Positions 29,981-39,485 of a stretch of 64,000 nucleotides of DNA are shown one piece after another. Under the pieces are notes generated by a model. That model worked only from the letters and a program-made list of their open reading frames with translations. It did not search any database and had not been told where the DNA came from. How positions within the stretch are numbered: the first letter of the stretch is position 1; each line of letters starts with the position of its first letter. The position numbers and the translations under genes are program-made. Origin of the DNA: an uncultured Clostridiaceae bacterium (lineage in GTDB: Bacteria > Bacillota > Clostridia > TANB77 > CAG-508); NCBI GenBank assembly GCA_946998225.1, contig CAMPYH010000002.1, positions 121,598 through 185,597 of the forward strand, in the 5' to 3' direction.

Positions 29981-31117
29981 CTATTTAGCCTCTGTTTCTT
30001 GAGCAAGTGTATAATTGTATGAGATATCTGATTCTGGAACAATCATTATAAATGTTATTCCATCATTAAATACTATTTCGTTTCCATCTTTATCTAAATA
30101 TTTAGTTTTTGATGTTCTTGAATCTTTTTTAGCAATTATATCCATTACTCTACCATTTGTTGAATATATACCTTCTAGACTTCCTGTTGTTTTTACATTT
30201 TTTCTGTCTTTGTTTTCACCATCTACTAGTTTTGTAACTTCTGTTTTTAATATTATTATATTTTTAAGTTCTAGATTCTTATTTGTATTTTCATCTTTTT
30301 GAATTATACCTTTAGATGTTTTTGTATATTTTTGAGTATTTTCATCATATTTAAAAACTGTTTTATTTGCTGAATGATATGCACCTTCTAGTGATGAAAT
30401 CTTTTTAGATTTATCTTTATCTAGATTTATATTTTGTGCTGAATATTTAAATGGTACTCTTGTATCTGTTTCAGTTTTATATTTTCTTTCCTTTACTATA
30501 TTTGAAAGATTTTCCATATTTGTATATGCATTATGTGGTCTAAATTTATTAAATACTCTCCAAAATTCTCTTTTACTATTAGATTTTTTTCTTAATGTAT
30601 CATATAGTTGTCCATTAATATTTGAAATTCTAAGGCCTTCCATATCTATTACTGCTTGTGGACTTTTTCCTAAATGTACAAATATTGAATCATGTTCTAA
30701 AACATAATCTAAGAAATAATGTCTAGCAGATCTTATTGGTCCTACTTGAACATCTTTTTGATCTTTAAAAAATGCTAAAACTCTAGATTCTCCGCCTTCT
30801 ACTGGAAATTCATAAATTGCATATGCATTTGAAAGTCCTGCATGTGGCCAAGCATTTGTATTGTTATCATAAACTACGGCTACAGGTCTAGATTTAGATT
30901 TTTCATCGATTATATTTAACTTTGGTCCTTCTACTTCTTTAAATTCAATATTTATTTTTTTCAAGTCTTTTAATTTATTTCTTTGTTCATCATTTAATAA
31001 AAAGAAATATACTAATGTACCTATTAATGCAAGAAGTACAATAAACTTAAAAAATCTTGATCCTTTATGTTTTTTTGTTTTCTTTTTCTCATTTCTTATA
31101 TTTCTGGTTTTATCCAT
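29981..31117 (-). CDS. DUF3048 (YerB-like) secreted or anchored protein
   Basis: PVAVVYDNN..WPHAGLSNAYAIYEFPVEGGESRVLAFF...GPIRSARHYF pattern. I moved the start to M11 (ATG 31117), which has a GGAGAT SD 3 nt upstream. Confidence 0.7.
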   Translation of the reverse strand: MDKTRNIRNEKKKTKKHKGSRFFKFIVLLALIGTLVYFFLLNDEQRNKLKDLKKINIEFKEVEGPKLNIIDEKSKSRPVAVVYDNNTNAWPHAGLSNAYAIYEFPVEGGESRVLAFFKDQKDVQVGPIRSARHYFLDYVLEHDSIFVHLGKSPQAVIDMEGLRISNINGQLYDTLRKKSNSKREFWRVFNKFRPHNAYTNMENLSNIVKERKYKTETDTRVPFKYSAQNINLDKDKSKKISSLEGAYHSANKTVFKYDENTQKYTKTSKGIIQKDENTNKNLELKNIIILKTEVTKLVDGENKDRKNVKTTGSLEGIYSTNGRVMDIIAKKDSRTSKTKYLDKDGNEIVFNDGITFIMIVPESDISYNYTLAQETEAK

Positions 31118-31127
31118 ATTATCTCCT

Positions 31128-31508
31128 TTATTTTTTAATAATTTCAATTAATTTTGGTATAAATATACTTGCACCTATAATAACACTTAATATTGCTGCA
31201 AAAAGTACAAGTCCTGCTGAAATATCTTTTACATATTTTATATCTTCATTATATTTTGAATCATATATATTAAGTATTTCTTCAATTATTGTATTTACTA
31301 TTTCTGAAAATATAACTAAAAATATTGTAAGTAAAACTATTAATAATTCTAATCTAGATATTTTAAGTATAAAGCTTAATATTAATGCTATGATAGCTAT
31401 TACTAAATGTATTTTAACATTTCTTTCATTTTTTAGTATATTTTTCAAACCATTTAACGCAAATTTTAATGATGATGTAAAATTTTTAGCTTTAAAATTA
31501 TTTTCCAT
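31128..31508 (-). CDS. dgkA: DgkA-family lipid kinase (undecaprenol or diacylglycerol kinase)
   Basis: 126 aa with 3 TM segments and E..N motifs (SEIVNTIIEE). Lies after ybeY, as in Firmicutes. Confidence 0.8.
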   Translation of the reverse strand: MENNFKAKNFTSSLKFALNGLKNILKNERNVKIHLVIAIIALILSFILKISRLELLIVLLTIFLVIFSEIVNTIIEEILNIYDSKYNEDIKYVKDISAGLVLFAAILSVIIGASIFIPKLIEIIKK

Positions 31509-31511
31509 AAA

Positions 31512-32174
31512 TTACCTTTTAATATTTAATTTCTTTAAAACTTTTTCTTCTTCTTTACGCATAATTATTTCATCTTCTTTTTCTATATGATCATATCCTA
31601 ATAGATGGAAAAACGAATGTATTATTAAATATGAAAGTTCGCGTAAAAAGCTATGTCCATATTCATTTGCTTGCATAAATATTTTATCTATACAAATTAC
31701 CATATCTCCAAAATATATTGGTGGTAAAGTGCTTACTTCGTTATTATTTATATTTTCTTCTTGATCTTTTAAAAATTCATTTAACTCTTCACCTTCAAGA
31801 CCAGGAAAAGATAAAACATCTGTTACTTTATCTATATTTCTTTGTTTTTTATTTATTAGTCTTATTTCTTCTTTATCTACTATACTTATTGATGCATAGA
31901 TTTCTTTTTCATTTATATTTCTATATTTTAATAAATATCTAAATAATTCTTTTATATATATTAAAATATATTTTAAAATTTTCTTTAATTCTTCATTTTC
32001 TATATCTGTTAAATCGGAAAGAATAGCAGCATCATCTAAAATAATACTGCTATTCATTAAATTTAATATATTTTGAATTTCATCTTTAAAATTTTCTTTT
32101 TGTAATTCGCTGTTTTTTTCTTTAATTATATTTTCTAATTCTTTTTTATCTATATTTAATTCTATATCTAACAT
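31512..32174 (-). CDS. ybeY: rRNA maturation endoribonuclease YbeY, with insertions
   Basis: TDVLSFP motif and HSFFHLLGYDH zinc motif. At 220 aa it is longer than the typical ~150 aa. Confidence 0.85.
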   Translation of the reverse strand: MLDIELNIDKKELENIIKEKNSELQKENFKDEIQNILNLMNSSIILDDAAILSDLTDIENEELKKILKYILIYIKELFRYLLKYRNINEKEIYASISIVDKEEIRLINKKQRNIDKVTDVLSFPGLEGEELNEFLKDQEENINNNEVSTLPPIYFGDMVICIDKIFMQANEYGHSFLRELSYLIIHSFFHLLGYDHIEKEDEIIMRKEEEKVLKKLNIKR

Positions 32175-32181
32175 AATTCTC

Positions 32182-33372
32182 TTAAGCTGAAAGTTTGTTT
32201 TTTTCTTTTAAATTTCTTTCAAATCTTCCTTCTAATGTTTTATATCCTTTGCAATTTCTCATTACTCCATATTCAACAAGTTTTGAATTGTAGTATTTGA
32301 ATAATTCTTTATATTTTTCTTTTTCATCAGCTAATTGTCTTTTTTCTTCAGCTATCATTAAAATTTCTTTTTCTGCTTCAGTTTCTGCTTTTTTATAGTT
32401 TGACCAGAAAAATTTATTTTCTTCTTTATCTTTACTATTTTCCCAGAATACTTTTGTTGTAAGTATATCTTCATTTAATTTTTCAATAATTAATTGAATC
32501 ATCTTATATGCTTTTTCTTTTCTGAAATCATTTTTTGTATTCATTAAAAGTATTCTTGTATCTTTTAATAACTTATTATAGCAATTTTCAGCTGCATTTA
32601 GTGGAAGACTATGTGTAAATAAATTTCTACTTATTGATAGAAGTAGCAGATTTTTTTCTAGATAACTTCTTTCATCTAATTTTCCAACCATATATTTTTG
32701 AAGTTCATCATATTTTTTAATGCCTTCTGTATACTCATTTTCTGTATCGTATTTAATAAGTATTGGGAATATTTTTTCTACATATTCTTCAATAGCGATA
32801 AATATTGAAACATAAGTTTCAAGAGATGCTGATTCACCTTTTTCTGCTTTTTCTGTAATTTTCTTTGAATATTCTCTTAATAGATCTCTATGTATAATTG
32901 TTTGTTTCTCTGCATAAAGTTTTTCATGTTTTTCTGAAAGAAGTCCTTTTTGCATTTGTAAAATATAATCTAGTTCGATTAAGAATCTCTCTTTTCTTAG
33001 TTTATATTCTTCATAATTTGATTTTTTATATGTAGTTATCTTGTAGTAATTAAGAATAGATTGTTTCTCAAACTCATTACATATATCTAATTTTACTTTT
33101 TTATATATTGAATCCATTATTAATTTATCTATAGACTCTAAATAAACTAAATATTTTTCATTAAACATTTTATTTAGTTCATCTTTTTTCTCATCATCTT
33201 TTTTTCTTGAATTGTATTGTTCATATGATCTAATAAGTGCTTTTCTTTTCATTGAAACAACAAGCTCGTTATATCCTAATCTTGTTGGTATAAAAAGCTT
33301 CTTTAAACCTTTTATAGCTTTTTCAAAAAAAGTTAATTTTTTAGGCAATAAATCCTTATTAACGCCTTCCAT
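32182..33372 (-). CDS. Hypothetical 396-aa all-helical soluble protein
   Basis: RBS GGGAGG. No TM segment and no motif I recognise. First gene of the ybeY-dgkA operon. Confidence 0.6.
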   Translation of the reverse strand: MEGVNKDLLPKKLTFFEKAIKGLKKLFIPTRLGYNELVVSMKRKALIRSYEQYNSRKKDDEKKDELNKMFNEKYLVYLESIDKLIMDSIYKKVKLDICNEFEKQSILNYYKITTYKKSNYEEYKLRKERFLIELDYILQMQKGLLSEKHEKLYAEKQTIIHRDLLREYSKKITEKAEKGESASLETYVSIFIAIEEYVEKIFPILIKYDTENEYTEGIKKYDELQKYMVGKLDERSYLEKNLLLLSISRNLFTHSLPLNAAENCYNKLLKDTRILLMNTKNDFRKEKAYKMIQLIIEKLNEDILTTKVFWENSKDKEENKFFWSNYKKAETEAEKEILMIAEEKRQLADEKEKYKELFKYYNSKLVEYGVMRNCKGYKTLEGRFERNLKEKNKLSA

Positions 33373-33498
33373 ACAGCCTCCCTATTTTATTAAAACATAA
33401 TGTTTTACTGTTTTTTCTTTTGTTAAACTATTAATTAAATGGTATATCTTTTTAATTAAATAATCAACAGGTAAAATTATTTTTACATAAATTATATA

Positions 33499-33978
33499 TT
33501 AGATTTTATATTCTATATTTTTAAAAAATTCCTCTATTTTTTCCTTTTTTAAAAATTCTATTACATCTTTACATTGAAGATTTTTATACTTTTCATGCTC
33601 TTCTTCATTTTCTTTTTTTATAGCAAGTGGTCTCATATCATGTGTAGATACACATCTTATATTTTGACCATATGCGAGCATCTCATTTTGTTCATTAAAT
33701 ATACCTACTATATAAATCATTTTAGTATTTGTTATTTCATAAAGTGCAGTTTTTACATCAAGTATTTCTCCATATTTTGCTGGTTTTATATATATCATAT
33801 GGTTTTCAATAACTGGTGTAAAATATCCTTTTTCATCTTGAAATGCATTTAAATTATTTTTTTCTAAAAAATCTGTAATTCCATCTTCTTGGTATAAAAA
33901 GTATTTAGAATTATGTACAACATTCATTCTATCTACATCACTATATCTAACTCTTACTTTTGTTTCTGTCCAGTACAT
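33499..33978 (-). CDS. 4HBT/YbgC-type acyl-CoA thioesterase
   Basis: VRVRYSDVDRMNVVHNSKYF hotdog-fold N-terminus. Confidence 0.7.
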   Translation of the reverse strand: MYWTETKVRVRYSDVDRMNVVHNSKYFLYQEDGITDFLEKNNLNAFQDEKGYFTPVIENHMIYIKPAKYGEILDVKTALYEITNTKMIYIVGIFNEQNEMLAYGQNIRCVSTHDMRPLAIKKENEEEHEKYKNLQCKDVIEFLKKEKIEEFFKNIEYKI

Positions 33979-33987
33979 TTTGTCTCC

Positions 33988-35592
33988 TTATTTGCTCATT
34001 CCTTTAGATAAAAATACATCTTTTTGTTTGTGTTTTACAACTTCATATATTTTTTCTCTTCCAAGTTTTCCATAATCTCTTGGAGTAAAATTACTTTTGT
34101 TTTCAGCTAAGAATTTTCTAACCTCAGATGTCATTGCAAGTCTTAAATCTGTATCTACATTTATTTTAGATACTCCCTTTATTGCTGCTTCTTTTAGCAT
34201 CTCATCTGGCATTCCTTTTGCATCTGGAAGTTCTCCACCATATTTATTAATTGTTTGAACTAATTCTTGTATTACAGAACTTGCTCCGTGAAGTACTATT
34301 GGAGTATCTGGTAAAAGTTTTCTAACTTCTTTTAATATATCCATTCTTAATTTTGCTTCACCTTTAAATTTATATGCTCCATGACTTGTTCCGATTGCAA
34401 TTGCTAAACTATCTACTCCAGTAAGTTCTACAAATCTTTTTGCATCTTCTGGATGTGTATATATAGCATCATCTGAAGATACATTAACTTCATCTTCTAC
34501 TCCTGCAAGTGTTCCAAGTTCAGCCTCTACTGTAACACCTCTTGGATGTGCATATTCTACAACTTGTTTTGTAAGTTTTACATTTTCATCAAATGGGAGA
34601 CTTGATGCATCTATCATTACAGAAGTCCATCCATTATCTATTGCTTTTTTACAAATTTCAAAATTTGCACCATGGTCTAAATGTAGTGCAATTTCTATAT
34701 CTGAATTTTTAACAGCAGCCTCTACCATTTTATATATATAATCTATTCCCATATATTCAATTGCTGACTTAGATGTTTGAAGTATTACAGGACTTTTAAG
34801 TTCATTACTTGCTTTAATTATTCCTTGAAGGCTTTCCATATCTGATATATTAAAAGCACCTACTGCATATCCTTCTTTATGTGCTTTTTGAAGCATTTCT
34901 TTTGTATTAACTAACATATTTGTTTCTCCTTTTAAAATCTTTATTTTTTCTTTTGTTGCATAATTTTTATCTACTGAATTTGTTAAATACGTTCCAGAAA
35001 CTAAAATATCTGCATTATTTAGCAATCTTCTTGTGATATTATTTACGCTTCCATCTATTTCTATTTTTGTATCTAATTTATTTGATTCTATATATTTTTT
35101 TATATTTTCTATTTTTTTAATTACATCATACTCAAAAGGTCTTCCTCCTTCTCCAGGATGTACCGTCATTACTAAAACTCTATTTACGTATTTTAAATAT
35201 TTAAAAATTTCATCTTCTTTCGTTTCAGGATTAATTACAATACAAGGATTTTTTCCTAAATATTTAATATATTCAATAAACTTAATGATCTCTATTTCAT
35301 TTTTATCTTTAAATTCTTCAATATGTATTCCAATTGTATTTACATTATATCTTGAAAAAAGATTTATATTGTTTTTCAAATTAAAATACTTACACATTAA
35401 ATGTACATCTATATCTAGTCCTAGATCATTTACTGCCTCTATCTTTTCAATCATTTCATTTACTGTGTTTCTTTTAACAAATTCTCCATCCATAATATCA
35501 ATATGGAAAGAGTCTACACCAGCACTTTTTAGTGCCTGTGTAGCCTCTTTTATATTTTTATTAATTCCTAATAATGATACTGATACTTTCAC
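33988..35592 (-). CDS. fba: Fusion ORF: ribulose-phosphate 3-epimerase-like domain (aa 1-225) plus class II fructose-1,6-bisphosphate aldolase (aa 226-534)
   Basis: The Rpe part has FHIDIMDG, DVHLM, MTVHPGEGG and IEIDGS motifs. The Fba part has GYAVGAFN, LHLDHG, VEAELG and GTSHGAYK motifs. The GTG start directly abuts the prkC stop. Confidence 0.85.
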   Translation of the reverse strand: MKVSVSLLGINKNIKEATQALKSAGVDSFHIDIMDGEFVKRNTVNEMIEKIEAVNDLGLDIDVHLMCKYFNLKNNINLFSRYNVNTIGIHIEEFKDKNEIEIIKFIEYIKYLGKNPCIVINPETKEDEIFKYLKYVNRVLVMTVHPGEGGRPFEYDVIKKIENIKKYIESNKLDTKIEIDGSVNNITRRLLNNADILVSGTYLTNSVDKNYATKEKIKILKGETNMLVNTKEMLQKAHKEGYAVGAFNISDMESLQGIIKASNELKSPVILQTSKSAIEYMGIDYIYKMVEAAVKNSDIEIALHLDHGANFEICKKAIDNGWTSVMIDASSLPFDENVKLTKQVVEYAHPRGVTVEAELGTLAGVEDEVNVSSDDAIYTHPEDAKRFVELTGVDSLAIAIGTSHGAYKFKGEAKLRMDILKEVRKLLPDTPIVLHGASSVIQELVQTINKYGGELPDAKGMPDEMLKEAAIKGVSKINVDTDLRLAMTSEVRKFLAENKSNFTPRDYGKLGREKIYEVVKHKQKDVFLSKGMSK

Positions 35593-37533
35593 TTATTTAT
35601 CCTTTGGTATGCTCCAATTTGCCTTTTCTTTTAAATTTATATCGGCTAGTGCTTTTACACTTCCATCAACTGTTACTTGTATTTCTGTTCTTCCTTCTCT
35701 TGCTGTTATTGGAACAGATATACTTTTATTTCCTGAATCTATATCTTCTCTATATTGTTGTTCATTATTTACTTTAACAACAAGTTCTACTTTCTTTCCT
35801 TTTCTAGCATCTGATCCTAGTATTTTTTCTAAGTTAATATCTAATATTCCGTTTTTAATTTCTGGAATAGTATTTACTTCTAGATATATTTCAGTTCCTT
35901 CTTTTACTTCATCGCCTTCTTTAACACTAGCATAAAGTACTTCATTGTTTTCTTTACTTGGGTCGAAAATTTCATTAACTTTTGCTACAAGTTTTACTTC
36001 TTCAAGTGTTTTAACTGCATCTTCTTTTTTCTTTCCAATTACTTTTGGCATTTTTACTTTTTGGATGCTACTACCTTTACTTACTGTAAATTTAATTATT
36101 GTATTTAATGGTATTTCTTCATCTTTTTTGTATTCTGGTTCCATTTTTATAACTTTGTCTTTTTCTATCTTTTCATCAAATACTTCTTCAATTTCATATT
36201 TAAATTCAGTTTCAGCCATTTCTTTTTTTACATCTTCAATATTTTGATCTTTAAAATCTTTAGGAAGTTTAGCTTTTCTTGGTCCTTTACTAATTATTAA
36301 TTTAATAGTTTTGTTTTTCTTAACCTTATATCCTTCTTGGTATCTCGGATCTTGTCTTAAAACTTCTCCTTCTTTTACATCATTATCGTATTCTTCTTCA
36401 ATCTCATATTGGAAACCTAATTCTTCAATTTGTTTTATAGCCTCACTTTTTGTTAATCTTTTCTTTCCAAATTCACCTGTAAGATTTGGGAGAAATACCT
36501 CTGAACTATTTTTCTTAGTTTTAAGTATCCATGTAGATGCAAAAACTATAAGTAAAACAAATGCCGCAACACCAGCTGCAATTAATATATGTTTTATAAA
36601 TGGTGATATTTGTTTGTTTTCATCAGTTTTAATCTTACTTGAAGTTATTGTAGGTATAATTCTTGTAATACTTTCTTTTAATGAATCTTCTAAATTATAT
36701 AAATCTACATCAGGATTTTTAAGAACTAAATCTATATCTACTATCATTTCTTCAGCTGTTCTATATCTTAAAAGTTTATCTTTGCTCATTGCTTTTGAAA
36801 TAATATAGTTTACGCCTTCTGGTATATCTACAATATCTTTTGCAGGTATTGGATCTTCTTGTACTTGTTTTAAAGCAATAGATACAGCTGTATCTCCTTC
36901 AAAAGGAACCTTTCCTGTAACAAGTTCATACATTACAACACCTAATGAATATATATCTGATTGTGCATCTGTTTTTTCACCTTTTGCATGCTCTGGTGAG
37001 AAATAATGTACTGATCCTATTGTTGCTCCATGTGATGTTATAGTTGAATTAGTTACTGCTTTAGCTATACCAAAATCTGTAACTTTAACTACTCCATCTT
37101 CTGTTATCATAATATTATGTGGTTTAATATCTCTATGTACTATATGATTTTTATGTGCAACAGATAATGCTGCTGCAATTTGTCTTGCTATTTTAAGTGC
37201 TGTTTTATAATCAAAAGTACCTTGTTCGTCTAAAAGTTCTTTTAATGTCTTACCTTTTATAAGTTCCATAACAATATAATACATATTGTCTTCAACACCT
37301 ACATCATATATCGACACTATATTTTGATGTGCAAGTGATGCTGCCGCTTGTGCTTCAGAATTAAATCTTTTTATAAATTCTGAATCTGTTGTGTATTCAT
37401 CTTTTAGTATTTTTATAGCTACATCTCTATTTAATAAAGTGCATCTTGCACTATATACTGTAGCCATTCCACCTTCACCAATTTTTTTCTTTATTTCGTA
37501 TCTGTTACCCAGCATTTTCCCAACTAAGTTCAT
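35593..37533 (-). CDS. prkC: Ser/Thr protein kinase with three PASTA repeats (PrkC/PknB type)
   Basis: Kinase motifs HRDIKPHN and DFGIA, one TM segment, then three PASTA-like repeats and a C-terminal beta domain. Confidence 0.9.
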   Translation of the reverse strand: MNLVGKMLGNRYEIKKKIGEGGMATVYSARCTLLNRDVAIKILKDEYTTDSEFIKRFNSEAQAAASLAHQNIVSIYDVGVEDNMYYIVMELIKGKTLKELLDEQGTFDYKTALKIARQIAAALSVAHKNHIVHRDIKPHNIMITEDGVVKVTDFGIAKAVTNSTITSHGATIGSVHYFSPEHAKGEKTDAQSDIYSLGVVMYELVTGKVPFEGDTAVSIALKQVQEDPIPAKDIVDIPEGVNYIISKAMSKDKLLRYRTAEEMIVDIDLVLKNPDVDLYNLEDSLKESITRIIPTITSSKIKTDENKQISPFIKHILIAAGVAAFVLLIVFASTWILKTKKNSSEVFLPNLTGEFGKKRLTKSEAIKQIEELGFQYEIEEEYDNDVKEGEVLRQDPRYQEGYKVKKNKTIKLIISKGPRKAKLPKDFKDQNIEDVKKEMAETEFKYEIEEVFDEKIEKDKVIKMEPEYKKDEEIPLNTIIKFTVSKGSSIQKVKMPKVIGKKKEDAVKTLEEVKLVAKVNEIFDPSKENNEVLYASVKEGDEVKEGTEIYLEVNTIPEIKNGILDINLEKILGSDARKGKKVELVVKVNNEQQYREDIDSGNKSISVPITAREGRTEIQVTVDGSVKALADINLKEKANWSIPKDK

Positions 37534-37645
37534 TTTTGCTCCCTAATATATATTTACATAAATTTTATCTAATATGTTTTAATAAATATATGTTTTAATT
37601 TATTTTTCATTATTTTTAATAATTTTTATACATTTTTTTAATAAA

Positions 37646-38377
37646 TTATTCTTTTTCTACAATTATTACACTAATATTATCTGCCCCGCCTCTTTCATTT
37701 GCAAGGTCTACTAAATATTTAGCAGGATCTTCCATCTCCTCATCTTGTAGAATCTTTTTAAGTTCATCATCTTTAACATAATTTGTAAGTCCATCTGTAC
37801 AAAGAAGAAGTTTATCTTTAGAGATAAATTTTTGTACAGATAAATCCGGCTGTACAATTATAGACATGCCGATTGCTTTAGTTATCATATTTTTATCTGG
37901 ATGATTATCTTTATCTTCCTCTTTAATTGTTCCATCATCAACTAATTTTTGTACATAACTGTGATCTTTTGTAAGATGCCTTAAATTGTTATTTCTTAAT
38001 CTATATATTCTAGAGTCTCCAGCATGTGCTATATATAATCTATCCTTAATAATAAGAGCTATACCAATGGTAGATCCCATATTAGAATATTCTTCACCTT
38101 CTTTTTTCTCTTCTAAAATTAACATATTAGCATATTCTACAGCTCCATTTATTAATTTTAAAATATCTTCATCTGTATTAAATGTTATTTCATAATTATT
38201 TACAATATATTTTTTAGCATATTCTACAGACTTTTGTGATGCAACTTCTCCGCCTTTATATCCGCCCATTCCATCGGCAATAATATAAAGATTTACATTT
38301 TCATCTTTTGAAATATATATAGCATCTTCATTAATTTTTCTTACTCTACCTGTATCTGTATTTGAATATATTTTCAT
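37646..38377 (-). CDS. prpC: PP2C-family Ser/Thr phosphatase (PrpC/Stp)
   Basis: GRVRKINEDA, ADGMGG and TDGL motifs, with GGADNISV at the end. Confidence 0.9.
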   Translation of the reverse strand: MKIYSNTDTGRVRKINEDAIYISKDENVNLYIIADGMGGYKGGEVASQKSVEYAKKYIVNNYEITFNTDEDILKLINGAVEYANMLILEEKKEGEEYSNMGSTIGIALIIKDRLYIAHAGDSRIYRLRNNNLRHLTKDHSYVQKLVDDGTIKEEDKDNHPDKNMITKAIGMSIIVQPDLSVQKFISKDKLLLCTDGLTNYVKDDELKKILQDEEMEDPAKYLVDLANERGGADNISVIIVEKE

Positions 38378-38378
38378 A

Positions 38379-39419
38379 CTATCCTTCCTTTAATGCTTTC
38401 TTTCTAAGCTGTCCGCATGCTGCATTTATATCTTTCCCGAGGCTTCTTCTAATTGTTGCTACTATACCATGATCATTTAAATAGTCTCTAAACTTTACAA
38501 TATCTTCTTCATTAGAGCTTTTAAAATCTCTTTCTTCTATTTCATTTACTCTTATTAAATTTACATGTGCTTTTATATTATATTTTTTTATTAAATTAAT
38601 TACCTTATCTGCATCTTCTTTTTTATCTGTTTTGCCTTTTATAACTACATATTCAAGTGAAACTCTTTTCCCGGCTATATCATTATAATACTTAATAGCA
38701 GTAAATAATTCATCAAGTGGATAAGCTCTATTTATTGGCATAATACTAGATCTATATGTATCGTCCCCGCTATGAAGTGATATAGATAACGTACATTGCA
38801 TTTTTAGATCCGCAAGCTCATATATTTTTGGAACTATTCCACATGTAGATATAGTTATTTTTCTTGCTCCAATTTCAAGTCCTTTTGGACTGTTAATATT
38901 TGAAATTGCAGTTAATACATTATTAAAATTATCTAATGGCTCTCCTATTCCCATAAAAACAACATTAGAAATTCTATCTCCTAAATCATTTTCTGCAGAC
39001 ATAATTTGTTCGATTATTTCTCCTGCTGTAAGATTACCACCAAAAGGAGCTTTAGTAGATGCACAAAACTCACATCCCATCTTACATCCTTTTTGTGAAG
39101 AAATACAAATAGTATTTCCATAATTATATCTCATAACCGCAGATTCAATTATATCTTCTGATGGAAGTTTAAATAAATATTTAACTGTACCATCTTTAGA
39201 TACAAGTTTATCTACAATTTCTAATTTTTCAATATAAAATACTTCATCTAAAAGATTTCTTAAATCTTCTTTTAAATTTAACATCTCAAAAAAGCTATAT
39301 ACTCTTTTTTTATATAGCCACTCATAAATTTGAACTGCTCTAAATTTCTTTTCACCCAGCTCTAGCATTTTATCTTCAAGTTCATTAAAGCTAAGTGACT
39401 TAATGCCAATTTTTTCCAT
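38379..39419 (-). CDS. rlmN: 23S rRNA/tRNA m2A methyltransferase RlmN (radical SAM)
   Basis: CKMGCEFCAS radical-SAM cluster motif and the C-terminal INAACGQL motif. Confidence 0.92.
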   Translation of the reverse strand: MEKIGIKSLSFNELEDKMLELGEKKFRAVQIYEWLYKKRVYSFFEMLNLKEDLRNLLDEVFYIEKLEIVDKLVSKDGTVKYLFKLPSEDIIESAVMRYNYGNTICISSQKGCKMGCEFCASTKAPFGGNLTAGEIIEQIMSAENDLGDRISNVVFMGIGEPLDNFNNVLTAISNINSPKGLEIGARKITISTCGIVPKIYELADLKMQCTLSISLHSGDDTYRSSIMPINRAYPLDELFTAIKYYNDIAGKRVSLEYVVIKGKTDKKEDADKVINLIKKYNIKAHVNLIRVNEIEERDFKSSNEEDIVKFRDYLNDHGIVATIRRSLGKDINAACGQLRKKALKEG

Positions 39420-39485
39420 AATTATACTTTATATAATTTTAAAACTTTTTTCAATATTAAAAGAAAAAAAGCAGATATATCTGCT

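Noticed and set aside
29941-29990. Run of TTTATCT-like units that looked like a tandem repeat or array
   Set aside because: Spacing is irregular (7, 10 and 14 nt), the units are imperfect, and the last one overlaps the stop codon of the DUF3048 gene. This is AT-rich low-complexity sequence, not a CRISPR array or a defined repeat.
35033-35935. 300-aa plus-strand ORF, the longest on the plus strand, overlapping rpe-fba and prkC
   Set aside because: It lies fully antisense to two well-supported genes. Its composition is dominated by S, F, L and I, as expected for the reverse complement of Lys/Glu-rich AT-rich coding sequence. It has no SD. The same reasoning applies to all other plus-strand ORFs in the track, for example 160-678, 31057-31590, 36311-36808, 49530-49991 and 17925-18413.
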